This document shows, one piece after another, positions 1 to 9,027 of a DNA stretch of 64,000 bases. Every line of letters begins with the position of its first letter. Position 1 is the first letter of the stretch. Made by a program: the position numbers and the translations under genes. This stretch comes from an uncultured Candidatus Saccharibacteria bacterium (GTDB lineage Bacteria; Patescibacteriota; Minisyncoccia; Phycocordibacterales; UBA1006): NCBI GenBank assembly GCA_964350165.1, contig CAYGJA010000001.1, positions 174,545-238,544 on the forward strand. Direction: 5' to 3'. Below the pieces are notes generated by a model. That model was not told where the DNA came from. It was given only the letters and a program-made list of their open reading frames with translations, and searched no databases.

Positions 1-151
1 TGTCAGGAGACACAAAAAACGAGGGTGTTTTTTCTTGAGTAAAAGGTGATTTGCCCCGCAAATGATTACCAGCCGGAGTTAGAGCCACGTACCAACTAAC
101 CACTTCTTCAATGGCTAAGCGGTCTTTTATTTGTTGTACGGCTCCACTCAT
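1..151 (-). CDS. dnaG: DNA primase DnaG, N-terminal fragment (gene continues beyond window start)
   Basis: Reverse-strand translation from the ATG at 151..149 gives MSGAVQQIKDRLAIEEVVSWYVALTPAGNHLRGKSPFTQEKTPSFFVSPD. This matches the DnaG N-terminal zinc-binding region (EKTPSF motif). It runs off the window at position 1. Confidence 0.55.
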   Translation of the reverse strand, partial: MSGAVQQIKDRLAIEEVVSWYVALTPAGNHLRGKSPFTQEKTPSFFVSPD

Positions 152-229
152 GATGACAAGCAACTCACATGATTAAGTTGGTAAATTGTTCGTGGCACGG
201 ATAGCCATGAACACGCCGACAAAGACAAG

Positions 230-3200
230 CTATTCTATTTCTTCTGACTCTTCAGCCATCATCCTTAGACCTCCAAAATCAACAAAATCATCGTTGAGCC
301 CAGTACCAGCCGGGATAAGCGAACCAATGATTACGTTTTCTTTTAGTCCTCGAAGCTCGTCTTCCTCTCCTTTGATTGCATTGTTAATCAAGGTTCGAGT
401 AGTGTGCTGGAATGAAGCCGATGACAACCAGCTCTTGGTTGACAGAGACACTTCAGAGATTCCCATAGAGACAACTTCTGATTTTGCTTCTTCTTGACCA
501 GCTTCTCGAGCCTTGTCGTTTTGTTCTAGGAATTCAATCAATTCTACAACCTCACCAGTGGTGAACGAAGTATCTCCTGGTTCAGTTATCTTTCGTCTAG
601 AGAACATCTGGCGAATAATTACCTCAAGATGCTTGCCCGCAATTGGCGAACCATGCAAGTCGTAAACCTTGTTGGTCTCGTGGATGACATATTGTTGAGC
701 TTTTTCGAGCCCTCCGTACTTGAAGACGTCCTGGATAACAGCCGAACCATCAGTCAGCAAGCTTCCAGCCTCTACGCGGTCACCCTTGGCAACCACCGGA
801 ACACGTCGCAGTCCAACTGAATATTCTTTGGATTGAGCTTTTTTGGTTCCATCAGCTTCACTCAAGACTTCGATGATGCGCTTTTCTCCGTCCTTGCGAA
901 CCGCGATAACTTCTCCATCGCGCTCGGCAACAGTGGCAGGACTCTTTGGTGTTCGTCGCTCAAAGAGCTCTTCGACACGAGGAAGACCGGTCGTAATATC
1001 AAGCCCAGTAACACCTCCGGCATGGAAAGTTCGAAGAGTAAGCTGTGTACCTGGTTCTCCAATGGCCTGAGCTGCCACGATACCGACCGCTTCGCCAATT
1101 TTTACCAATCCCAAACGTCCAAGATCAAGACCATAACACTGTTGGCACAAGCCGTGACGAGATTCACAAATAAGCGGTGACCGCACGGCCCCCTCTTTTA
1201 TAGAAAGTCCGGCAATCGTTTCGGCATCATGCTTGGTAACCATGTGTCCAGCTTTGAATACGACATTACCATCAGTATCCTTGAGATCCTTGGCAAGAAC
1301 TCGCCCCTTGAGTCCGTCAGAGATAGGCTTCACAATTCCTTCTATGTTTTCTTCGGTGACAACCAAGAATTCTTTGGTTCCACAATCTTCTTCTCGGATC
1401 ACGATATCCTGAGAAACATCAACCAGTCGACGAGTTAGATACCCAGCTTTGGCGGTGTTGAGCGCGGTGTCAGTCAATCCTTTTCGAGAACCGTGAGTAG
1501 TAATAAAGTACTCAATTGGAGAGAGTCCTTCTTTATAAGAAGGGATAATTGGGAATTCAATAGCACGCCCCTGGGTGTTCACAATCACACCCTTCATTCC
1601 GGCCATCATGGTGGCGTTTCCAAGATTACCTCGAGCTTTTGAAGTGATCATGTCTGACAATGAAATTGACTGAGAAAGTGTTTCGGCAATCAAGCCTTCA
1701 ATTGTCACTTTGACCCCTTCCCAAAGCTCAATAATTCTCTGATATCGTTCGTCTTCAGAAATAAGACCTTCTTCGAACTGTTCCTTGATTTCTTTTGCCT
1801 TCTTTCTTCCTTCGGCAACTACTTTTTCTTTTCCAGCAGGAACGATCACGTCGTCAATACCCCAGGTGGTTCCTGACAAGGTTACATAACGGAATCCAAA
1901 ATTCTTGATTTTGTCCAAAATCGGAGCAGTAGCATCAATGCCATAGCGATCGATGACTTGATCAATAAGACCTGATAGATCTGTTTTCTTTACCGCAGTG
2001 TTAATAAATCCAAAGTCTGATGGGAAAATAGAGTTAAACAAAAGTCGCCCAACAGTAGTTTCGAACGGTCGCCCTTCAAATTCTTGATAACGCAAGCTAT
2101 CCGTTCCCAATACTTTGATTTTGGCTCGGAAATCTACATGACCATATTCATAAGCCAGAATAGCTTCGTTAGGGCTTGAGTAGATAGATCCTTCACCATT
2201 AGCATTTTCAACATTTTTTGTCATCCAATAAACACCCAGAACAATATCCTGCGAAGGTGCCACCACTGGACTTCCGTCTTGTGGTTTGAGTAGGTTTTTG
2301 TTTGAAGCAATCAGCTGTTCTGCTTCTTTCTGTGCTTTTTCTGATAGCGGCAAGTGAACCGCCATCTGGTCACCATCGAAGTCGGCGTTAAAAGCGGTAC
2401 AAACCAACGGGTGAACCTGAATAGCTTTTCCTTCGATCAATCGTGGCTTGAAAGCCTGAATAGAAAGTCGGTGCAATGTAGGCGCACGGTTAAGCAACAC
2501 GTGTCGTCCTTCGATGACCTCTTCGAGTATTTCCCAAACTTCTGGCACTCCTTCTTCAATAAGCCTACCAGCTCCACGAATATTAAAGGCCAGTTCTCGT
2601 TCGATAATCTTGGCAATAACAAATGGGCGGAACAATTCGAGGGCCATGTATTTTGGTAGACCACATTCATTAAGACGCAAGGTTGGCCCCACCACAATAA
2701 CGGAACGAGCCGAGTAGTCTACACGCTTACCGAGCAAGTTTTGACGGAAGAGACCTTGTTTTCCTTTTAGATTATCGGATAGCGATTTCAGCTGACGTCG
2801 CTGTGACTGACTCATGGCTGCATTACCAGATCCTTTTTTGATTGAGTTATCAATCAGAGCATCTACGGCCTCCTGAAGAATACGTTTTTCGTTTCTCAAA
2901 ATAACGTCAGGAGCATGAATATCCATCAGTTTTTTCAAACGATTGTTTCGGTTGATAACGCGACGGTACAGGTCATTAATATCAGAAGTAGCATAGCGAC
3001 CACCTTCGAGACCAACCATTGGACGAATAGCTGGAGGAATGACGGGGATAACTTTTAGGAACATCCACTCTGGACGAGTTCCTGATTTTATCAACGATCG
3101 AACCAGAGATAGTCTTTTTTCGAGCTTCACCTGATTGGCCTTGTCGCTCTCTTCCATTTCTTTTGCCAAAGCGGCTTCTAATTCTTCAAGGTTCATGCTC

Positions 3201-3898
3201 TTGAAAATGTCATAGATAGCCTCTGCACCAATGTGTGCCTCAAAAATGGTTCCAAATTTCATGGAATAATTATGATACTCAAGTTCAGACAGAACCGCGT
3301 GTGGCCTGATGTCTTGAATGCTTTTTTTCATTTCTGAGAATTTTTCACGCAAACGGTCTTTGTCTTCTTCGGTTTCCAAAAGTTTAACTTTTGTCTTGTA
3401 TTCTTGTTCAAGCTCTCGCAAAACTTCACGTTTTTCGTCTTCATGAACTTTGGTGACAATGTAGCCGGCAAAATAAACCACTTTTTCCAGGTAATTTACA
3501 GGAATATCCAAAAGCAAGCTCATGCGTGATGGAATACCTCGCAACATCCAGATGTGAGAAACAGGACTAGCTAGCTCGATGTGCCCCATTCGTTCACGGC
3601 GTACTACCGCTCGAGTTATCTCGACTCCACATTTTTCACAGATAATTCCTCGATATTTTACTCCTCGATATTTTTTACAATAACATTCGTAGTCTTTTTC
3701 TGGTCCAAAAATTCGTTCGTCAAAAAGACCACTTCGCTCACTGCGTCCGGTTCGATAGTTGATTGTTTCTGGTTTGGTGATTTCACCACGTGACCACTCC
3801 TGAATACGTTCAGGACTAGCAAGTTTTAGCGAAATGCGATGTGGGATATATGACGCTGGCCCTCTTTGATTTGATGATTGTTGATTTTCCATAAACAC
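230..3898 (-). CDS. rpoC: DNA-directed RNA polymerase subunit beta'
   Basis: 1222-aa ORF. It has the NADFDGDQMAVHLP catalytic motif and a beta' N-terminal zinc-finger region (CEKCGVEIT). Conserved beta' blocks run throughout. Confidence 0.97.
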   Translation of the reverse strand: MFMENQQSSNQRGPASYIPHRISLKLASPERIQEWSRGEITKPETINYRTGRSERSGLFDERIFGPEKDYECYCKKYRGVKYRGIICEKCGVEITRAVVRRERMGHIELASPVSHIWMLRGIPSRMSLLLDIPVNYLEKVVYFAGYIVTKVHEDEKREVLRELEQEYKTKVKLLETEEDKDRLREKFSEMKKSIQDIRPHAVLSELEYHNYSMKFGTIFEAHIGAEAIYDIFKSMNLEELEAALAKEMEESDKANQVKLEKRLSLVRSLIKSGTRPEWMFLKVIPVIPPAIRPMVGLEGGRYATSDINDLYRRVINRNNRLKKLMDIHAPDVILRNEKRILQEAVDALIDNSIKKGSGNAAMSQSQRRQLKSLSDNLKGKQGLFRQNLLGKRVDYSARSVIVVGPTLRLNECGLPKYMALELFRPFVIAKIIERELAFNIRGAGRLIEEGVPEVWEILEEVIEGRHVLLNRAPTLHRLSIQAFKPRLIEGKAIQVHPLVCTAFNADFDGDQMAVHLPLSEKAQKEAEQLIASNKNLLKPQDGSPVVAPSQDIVLGVYWMTKNVENANGEGSIYSSPNEAILAYEYGHVDFRAKIKVLGTDSLRYQEFEGRPFETTVGRLLFNSIFPSDFGFINTAVKKTDLSGLIDQVIDRYGIDATAPILDKIKNFGFRYVTLSGTTWGIDDVIVPAGKEKVVAEGRKKAKEIKEQFEEGLISEDERYQRIIELWEGVKVTIEGLIAETLSQSISLSDMITSKARGNLGNATMMAGMKGVIVNTQGRAIEFPIIPSYKEGLSPIEYFITTHGSRKGLTDTALNTAKAGYLTRRLVDVSQDIVIREEDCGTKEFLVVTEENIEGIVKPISDGLKGRVLAKDLKDTDGNVVFKAGHMVTKHDAETIAGLSIKEGAVRSPLICESRHGLCQQCYGLDLGRLGLVKIGEAVGIVAAQAIGEPGTQLTLRTFHAGGVTGLDITTGLPRVEELFERRTPKSPATVAERDGEVIAVRKDGEKRIIEVLSEADGTKKAQSKEYSVGLRRVPVVAKGDRVEAGSLLTDGSAVIQDVFKYGGLEKAQQYVIHETNKVYDLHGSPIAGKHLEVIIRQMFSRRKITEPGDTSFTTGEVVELIEFLEQNDKAREAGQEEAKSEVVSMGISEVSLSTKSWLSSASFQHTTRTLINNAIKGEEDELRGLKENVIIGSLIPAGTGLNDDFVDFGGLRMMAEESEEIE

Positions 3899-3916
3899 TT
3901 TAAATTAGATGACTTA

Positions 3917-6900
3917 TTACGCGTCCATATCGTCACGTTTTGATAATTGAACATCCAACGACAGACCCTTGAGGTATTTCAATAATACGTTGAACGAAGC
4001 CGGCAAGCCCGGATCCTTGATTTTTTCTCCCTTGATGATGGCGTCAAAAGCAGCCGAACGTCCCAGAATATCGTCTGACTTGATGGTCAGCATTTCACGC
4101 AGCGTATGTGCGGCGCCGTATCCCTCCAAGGCCCAGACTTCCATTTCTCCAAATCTCTGTCCTCCGTTCTGACTTTTTCCTCCTAGTGGCTGTTGTGTAA
4201 TCAATGAGTATGGTCCAACCGAACGAGCGTGCATCTTGTCTTGGATCATGTGAGCCAATTTCAGCATGTACATATAACCAACCGCAACTGGCTGATCAAA
4301 AGCCTCTCCTGTTCGACCGTCATACAAGGTAACTTTTCCTGTTTCGGAAATACCAGCTTTTACTAATTCTTCTTTAATTTCTTCGGCGGTTGCACCTCCG
4401 AATGGTGGAACGACTGCCTGATAGCCATTCTTATAAGCAGCCATACCCAAGTGAAGCTCGAGGATCTGACCCAGGTTCATACGCGAAGGAACTCCCAGCG
4501 GTGTCAAAATCAAATCAATCGGCGTTCCGTCTTCCATGTACGGCATATCTTCTTCGGGCAAGACAACCGAGACAACACCCTTGTTTCCGTGACGTCCAGC
4601 CAACTTGTCTCCCACTTGGAGGTTTCGCATTTGTGCGATTTCTATATAGACCTTTTTGAGAACTCCAGACTCAAGTTGATGTCCTTGTTCCCGAGAGAAT
4701 ACCTTTACTCCTACGACACGACCGTACTTGCCGTTATCCATACGCAAAGAAGTGTCTTTTACGTCTCGGGATTTTTCTCCAAAAATAGAACGAAGCAAGC
4801 GCTCTTCGGGAGTCAATTCGGTCTCTCCTTTTGGAGTAATTTTTCCAATCAAAATATCTCCTTCGTGAATTTCGGCACCAATTCTAATGATTCCGTTCTC
4901 ATCTAGATTGCGTAGCTTGTTTTCGCTTACATTAGGAATATCGTAGGTGGTAATTTCCGGCCCAAGCTTGGTGTCGCGAACCACACATTCGTATTCCTCG
5001 AGTCGAATGCTAGAAAAAATGCTGTTTTTCACCAATCGCTCTGAAACAATGATGGCATCTTCGTAGTTCTGACCACGCCAACACATGAAAGCAATAAAAA
5101 TGTTTTGACCAATCGCCAGTTGTCCTTCCTGAGAAGTAGACATGTCAGCTAATACGTCACCTTTTTTGATTTTTTGTCCAGGCGAAACTACCGGTCGCTG
5201 ATGCAACGTAGAGTAAGCATTGGTACGCAAATAGTTAAGTAAGGTGTATTCGATTTTTTTATCATCTTTGGTTTTGATGACGATTTTGCGAGCGTCGACA
5301 TAGTCAACTTCTCCGTCAGCGGTAGCAATTACCACGCGTCCAGTATTACGGGCAGCGGTTTCTTCCATACCAGTAGCCACCAGCGGAGCTTCGGCGTGCA
5401 CACAAGGCATCGCCTGCTTCTGCATGTTTGATCCCATGAGTGCTCGGTTGGCGTCATTGTGGTCGAGAAACGGAACCAAAGAAGTTGCCACTGAGAATGC
5501 TTGGTTGGTCGCAACATCGATAAAATCAATAGCGTCACGATGTACTTCTCCTGGTCGCTTGGAGACTCGAGCGGTTACGTATTCGTCAATAATCTTTCCG
5601 TCTTTTTCATCATAATTAGTAGCAGCATGAGCGATACTAAACTTGTCTTCTTCGCGAGCGTTCAAATACACGATTTCTCCCGTAATTTTGCCCTTCTTTA
5701 CTCGAACATAAGGAGTTTCGATTACACCGAACTCATTGATGCGAGCGTAAATAGAAAGACGCAAAATAAGACCAATGTTTGGACCTTCTGGGGTGTGGAT
5801 TGGACAAACACGACCATAATGAGATGGATGAACGTCACGAACCTCAAAACCAGCTCGCTCTCGAGTCAGACCTCCTTTTCCAAGGGCTGACACTGTACGC
5901 AAGTCTTCAATTTCGGCCAAGGCGTTTTCCTGACTCATGAACTTGGACAGCTGGTTCGTGGCAAAGAATTCCTTGACGCGTGCCTGCAATGGTCGCTGGT
6001 TGATGATTTTTATAGGAAGAGTGGTCTCCGAATCAATGGTAGACATTTTGTCTTGGATGTTTCGTTTCATCTGAGACATTCCTTTTCGTACTTTTTGTTG
6101 TACTTGTTCACCGACAAATTTCACACGACGAACTTCGAGATCATCAATATCATCTGGAACAGATCCGGGAGTAACGTTCATCATGAACACGTGCTTGACG
6201 GTTTTGGTCAGGTCTTCCAGAGTGTAGCTGGTAACCTTGAGAGATTCTTCGTCACGACCCAAATCAAAACGTCGGTTGAAACGATAGCGCCCTACACGAG
6301 ACAAGTCAAAACGCTCTTCACTAAACAACGAGTCGACATATTCCTTGGCATTTTCCAGGGTAGCCATTTCTCCATCACGCAATTTTCGGTAAATCTCAAT
6401 GTAGCTTTCGTCTTGATTTTTGGCTGGATCCTTGGCAAGAGCGCGATCAATAGCCTCTTTTTCATAATCTTCGGGAAAAGCCTTGAGCATGTCTTTCTTT
6501 TCGGTCATTCCCATCACGCGCAAAAGCGAGGTGATTACAAATTTTCGTTTTTTGTCGATACGAACATATAGCACACCGTCGCTACCGGTTTCGAATTCCA
6601 CCCACGAGCCACGGGCTGGAATAACTTTTCCGCCAAACAATATTCCCTTTCGTGTTTCGCGACTAGTAAAGAAAACACCAGTACTACGCGCCAATTGTGG
6701 CACCACTACACGCTCGACTCCGTTCACAATAAAAGTACCGTGCGGTGTCATCAATGGAACCTCGGTTAGAAATATTTCTTGTTCTTTTTTCTCGTTGTGG
6801 GTTTTGTTGTGGAGAGTTACTCGTGCTTTGAGGCCGGTTTCGTAGGTTTTTTTGTTTTCGCGAGCATGCTGTTCGTCAAACTCTGGTTTTTCGATGTGCA

Positions 6901-7096
6901 AAGCATCGATGGTTAGTTCAAACTTTTTGTTTGAATAGTCAGTGATAGGAGTAAACTCCATAATGGCTTCCTTGAGTCCTTCTTCGAGGAACCAGGTATA
7001 GCTATTGATTTGGTTTTCAACCAAGTTTGGCATTTCTGCCAGAGGTTTTTTAAATTTGGAAAAGGTCTTTTGATTGGCGATGTTTGGTTTTGGCAT
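3917..7096 (-). CDS. rpoB: DNA-directed RNA polymerase subunit beta
   Basis: About 1060 aa. Conserved beta-subunit blocks are present (GPNIGLI..., NMQRQAVP-like, C-terminal LGGKSQNGGQRFGEMEVWALEGYGAA). It lies immediately upstream of rpoC on the same strand. The likely start is MPKPN at 7096. Confidence 0.97.
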   Translation of the reverse strand: MPKPNIANQKTFSKFKKPLAEMPNLVENQINSYTWFLEEGLKEAIMEFTPITDYSNKKFELTIDALHIEKPEFDEQHARENKKTYETGLKARVTLHNKTHNEKKEQEIFLTEVPLMTPHGTFIVNGVERVVVPQLARSTGVFFTSRETRKGILFGGKVIPARGSWVEFETGSDGVLYVRIDKKRKFVITSLLRVMGMTEKKDMLKAFPEDYEKEAIDRALAKDPAKNQDESYIEIYRKLRDGEMATLENAKEYVDSLFSEERFDLSRVGRYRFNRRFDLGRDEESLKVTSYTLEDLTKTVKHVFMMNVTPGSVPDDIDDLEVRRVKFVGEQVQQKVRKGMSQMKRNIQDKMSTIDSETTLPIKIINQRPLQARVKEFFATNQLSKFMSQENALAEIEDLRTVSALGKGGLTRERAGFEVRDVHPSHYGRVCPIHTPEGPNIGLILRLSIYARINEFGVIETPYVRVKKGKITGEIVYLNAREEDKFSIAHAATNYDEKDGKIIDEYVTARVSKRPGEVHRDAIDFIDVATNQAFSVATSLVPFLDHNDANRALMGSNMQKQAMPCVHAEAPLVATGMEETAARNTGRVVIATADGEVDYVDARKIVIKTKDDKKIEYTLLNYLRTNAYSTLHQRPVVSPGQKIKKGDVLADMSTSQEGQLAIGQNIFIAFMCWRGQNYEDAIIVSERLVKNSIFSSIRLEEYECVVRDTKLGPEITTYDIPNVSENKLRNLDENGIIRIGAEIHEGDILIGKITPKGETELTPEERLLRSIFGEKSRDVKDTSLRMDNGKYGRVVGVKVFSREQGHQLESGVLKKVYIEIAQMRNLQVGDKLAGRHGNKGVVSVVLPEEDMPYMEDGTPIDLILTPLGVPSRMNLGQILELHLGMAAYKNGYQAVVPPFGGATAEEIKEELVKAGISETGKVTLYDGRTGEAFDQPVAVGYMYMLKLAHMIQDKMHARSVGPYSLITQQPLGGKSQNGGQRFGEMEVWALEGYGAAHTLREMLTIKSDDILGRSAAFDAIIKGEKIKDPGLPASFNVLLKYLKGLSLDVQLSKRDDMDA

Positions 7097-7305
7097 AAAA
7101 ATAAAAAACAAAAAGCACCAGATATTTCTGAAAGCTTTGCGACGTTAATAATTATTGTACGGGGACCCCAGAGGTTGGCATAACAACCAAGCGCTTTTAG
7201 CACTGATAATAAAAACACAAGCGCACTTACAGCCACAACACATTCGTGCACACTTCGTGCTGTCTGTATAACATAAAAATAGTTTTGGGTCAAAGAAGAG
7301 GCTGT

Positions 7306-7947
7306 TTATTCCCCGCCAGATATTCGCCAGGCGTCTATCTTTTTGTGGTCTCCAGAAACAAGTACTTCGGGTACATCATAGTGTTGTTTTCCCCAAGCTA
7401 AAGACGGCGGCCTGGTGTAGGTTCGATGGCCAGCTGCTCGCGATTCTTCTATGGAATCAAATGACCCCAGCGTTCCAGGAATACGCCTAGCCATAGCATC
7501 TATAACCGCCATGGCTGGTACTTCCCCGCCAGTCAACACAAAGTCCCCGATAGATACCTCTTCGGCATTGGTGATTTGCCGCACACGGTCATCTACCCCC
7601 TCATATCTACCAGAGATAAGTACCAAATGACGGTATTCTTCTAGCCAGCCCTGCCCCAGAGTATTGGTAAAATCTGTTCCACCAGGAGAAAAAATGATTG
7701 TTTTTACTTTTGTTTTTCTACCCACGGCTTTTTTCCAGGCTTTGAGAATAGGCTCGGCCAGCATCACCATGCCAGGTCCGCCACCATACGGACGGTCATC
7801 TACGTTACGGTGCTTGTCTTTGGTGAATTCTCTTGGGTCATAATAAGAAACAGCAAAATTCCCCTGCGCCTGGGAACGGCCCAACACTGATTCGGACAAG
7901 TAAGCCTTTATTGGTTCGGGAAACAATGTAATCACATGAAAATGCAT
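7306..7947 (-). CDS. trmD: tRNA (guanine37-N1)-methyltransferase
   Basis: MHFHVITLFPE... and RPYGGGPGMVM are TrmD SPOUT signatures. I chose the internal Met (7947) as the start. Confidence 0.9.
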   Translation of the reverse strand: MHFHVITLFPEPIKAYLSESVLGRSQAQGNFAVSYYDPREFTKDKHRNVDDRPYGGGPGMVMLAEPILKAWKKAVGRKTKVKTIIFSPGGTDFTNTLGQGWLEEYRHLVLISGRYEGVDDRVRQITNAEEVSIGDFVLTGGEVPAMAVIDAMARRIPGTLGSFDSIEESRAAGHRTYTRPPSLAWGKQHYDVPEVLVSGDHKKIDAWRISGGE

Positions 7948-8031
7948 AAGCGTAGTGTACTTTTGAATAAGCCCAAACACAAATCCCGCTCCAAGAGCGG
8001 GATTTGTAGTTTGAAAGGTTGCTTGTTGGCT

Positions 8032-8409
8032 CTACAAGTCAGACTTTAGGTCTTCGAGAGCCGCGTCCATCTCGGCAGTGATATCTGATCCAGATGGGAT
8101 CTCTGCTTCTCCAGACATGTCCGCAGCATTGTCTACGTAACTATCTCGAGGTGCACGTCCTTCTGGTTCATTGATTTTTAGGTTTACGCGAGCCTGGTTT
8201 TTCATGCCAACCACTCGAAGCAAGGTTCTGATTGCTTTTGCGGTGGCGCCTTTTCTACCAATCACCTTTCCCATGTCTTCTGGATTTAGGTCGAGTGTTA
8301 GCAAGACACCCATTTCGTCTACAGTTCGGACAATTTTTACATCGTCTGGGAAATCCACTAATGACTTAACAAGATTTTCTAGAAAAACCTCTGGTGATGA
8401 AATATCCAT
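8032..8409 (-). CDS. KH-domain RNA-binding protein (YlqC/UPF0109 family)
   Basis: The GKVIGRKGATAKAIRTL motif is a KH signature. It sits between rpsP and trmD as in many bacteria. Confidence 0.8.
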   Translation of the reverse strand: MDISSPEVFLENLVKSLVDFPDDVKIVRTVDEMGVLLTLDLNPEDMGKVIGRKGATAKAIRTLLRVVGMKNQARVNLKINEPEGRAPRDSYVDNAADMSGEAEIPSGSDITAEMDAALEDLKSDL

Positions 8410-8507
8410 ATCAGTATAAAACTAGGATTGTAAAGAGCGTCTATGAGAACAAGACGACTCAAAAAATTTTAAGCCAGTGAGAATGCAAGTCAAGCGAGGA
8501 GCTGGCT

Positions 8508-8966
8508 TTAGGCAGCTGGTTCTTCTTCGGCTGGAGCCTCTTTCGGTGCTTCTTCTTCGGCAACGGGAGCTTCTTCTGCGACTAGAGCTTCGGCTTCTGG
8601 AGCGACTTCTTCTGCTGGAGTTTCTTCAGAGGCTGTCTCTTTAGTGGCTGGAGCTTCTTCTTTTGGTTCTTCGGCCACTACTTCTTTTACTGGAGCAGTT
8701 TTCTTGGGAAGAGCGTTTTTCTTGGGAGCATCAATCACGCCTTCTCGCACAAGCATGTTGTGCACCGTGACAGATGGCTGAGCACCTACGCTAATCCAAT
8801 GAGTAGCCTTATCTTTATCCAAGATAATGGTTCCCATTTTCATATTGTAAGAACCCAAAATATCTACGTACTTGCCGCTTTTTGGTCCTTGGTGAGCGTT
8901 CATAACAACGATCCGACAGTGTGGATCATTCTTGCGCCCGTTTTGTTGCAATCGCATCTTTAACAT
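8508..8966 (-). CDS. rpsP: 30S ribosomal protein S16 with long acidic/Ala/Pro-rich C-terminal extension
   Basis: The N-terminus MLKMRLQQNGRKNDPHCRIVV...DILGSYN is an S16 signature. The C-terminal ~70 aa are low complexity (E/A/P/K). Confidence 0.9.
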   Translation of the reverse strand: MLKMRLQQNGRKNDPHCRIVVMNAHQGPKSGKYVDILGSYNMKMGTIILDKDKATHWISVGAQPSVTVHNMLVREGVIDAPKKNALPKKTAPVKEVVAEEPKEEAPATKETASEETPAEEVAPEAEALVAEEAPVAEEEAPKEAPAEEEPAA

Positions 8967-9027
8967 GGCCGTCATACTACCAGAGCATTTTTAAAAATGC
9001 AATCCTTCATTTGCCGAATGAAGCTTT

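Noticed and set aside
186-497. 103-aa plus-strand ORF at the start of the window
   Set aside because: It lies entirely antisense to the 3' end of rpoC. No motif and low-complexity Ser-rich translation. A shadow ORF.
6913-7293. 126-aa minus-strand ORF spanning the rpoB start and the trmD-rpoB intergenic region
   Set aside because: It overlaps the rpoB N-terminus out of frame and runs through the AT-rich promoter region. No motif. Spurious.
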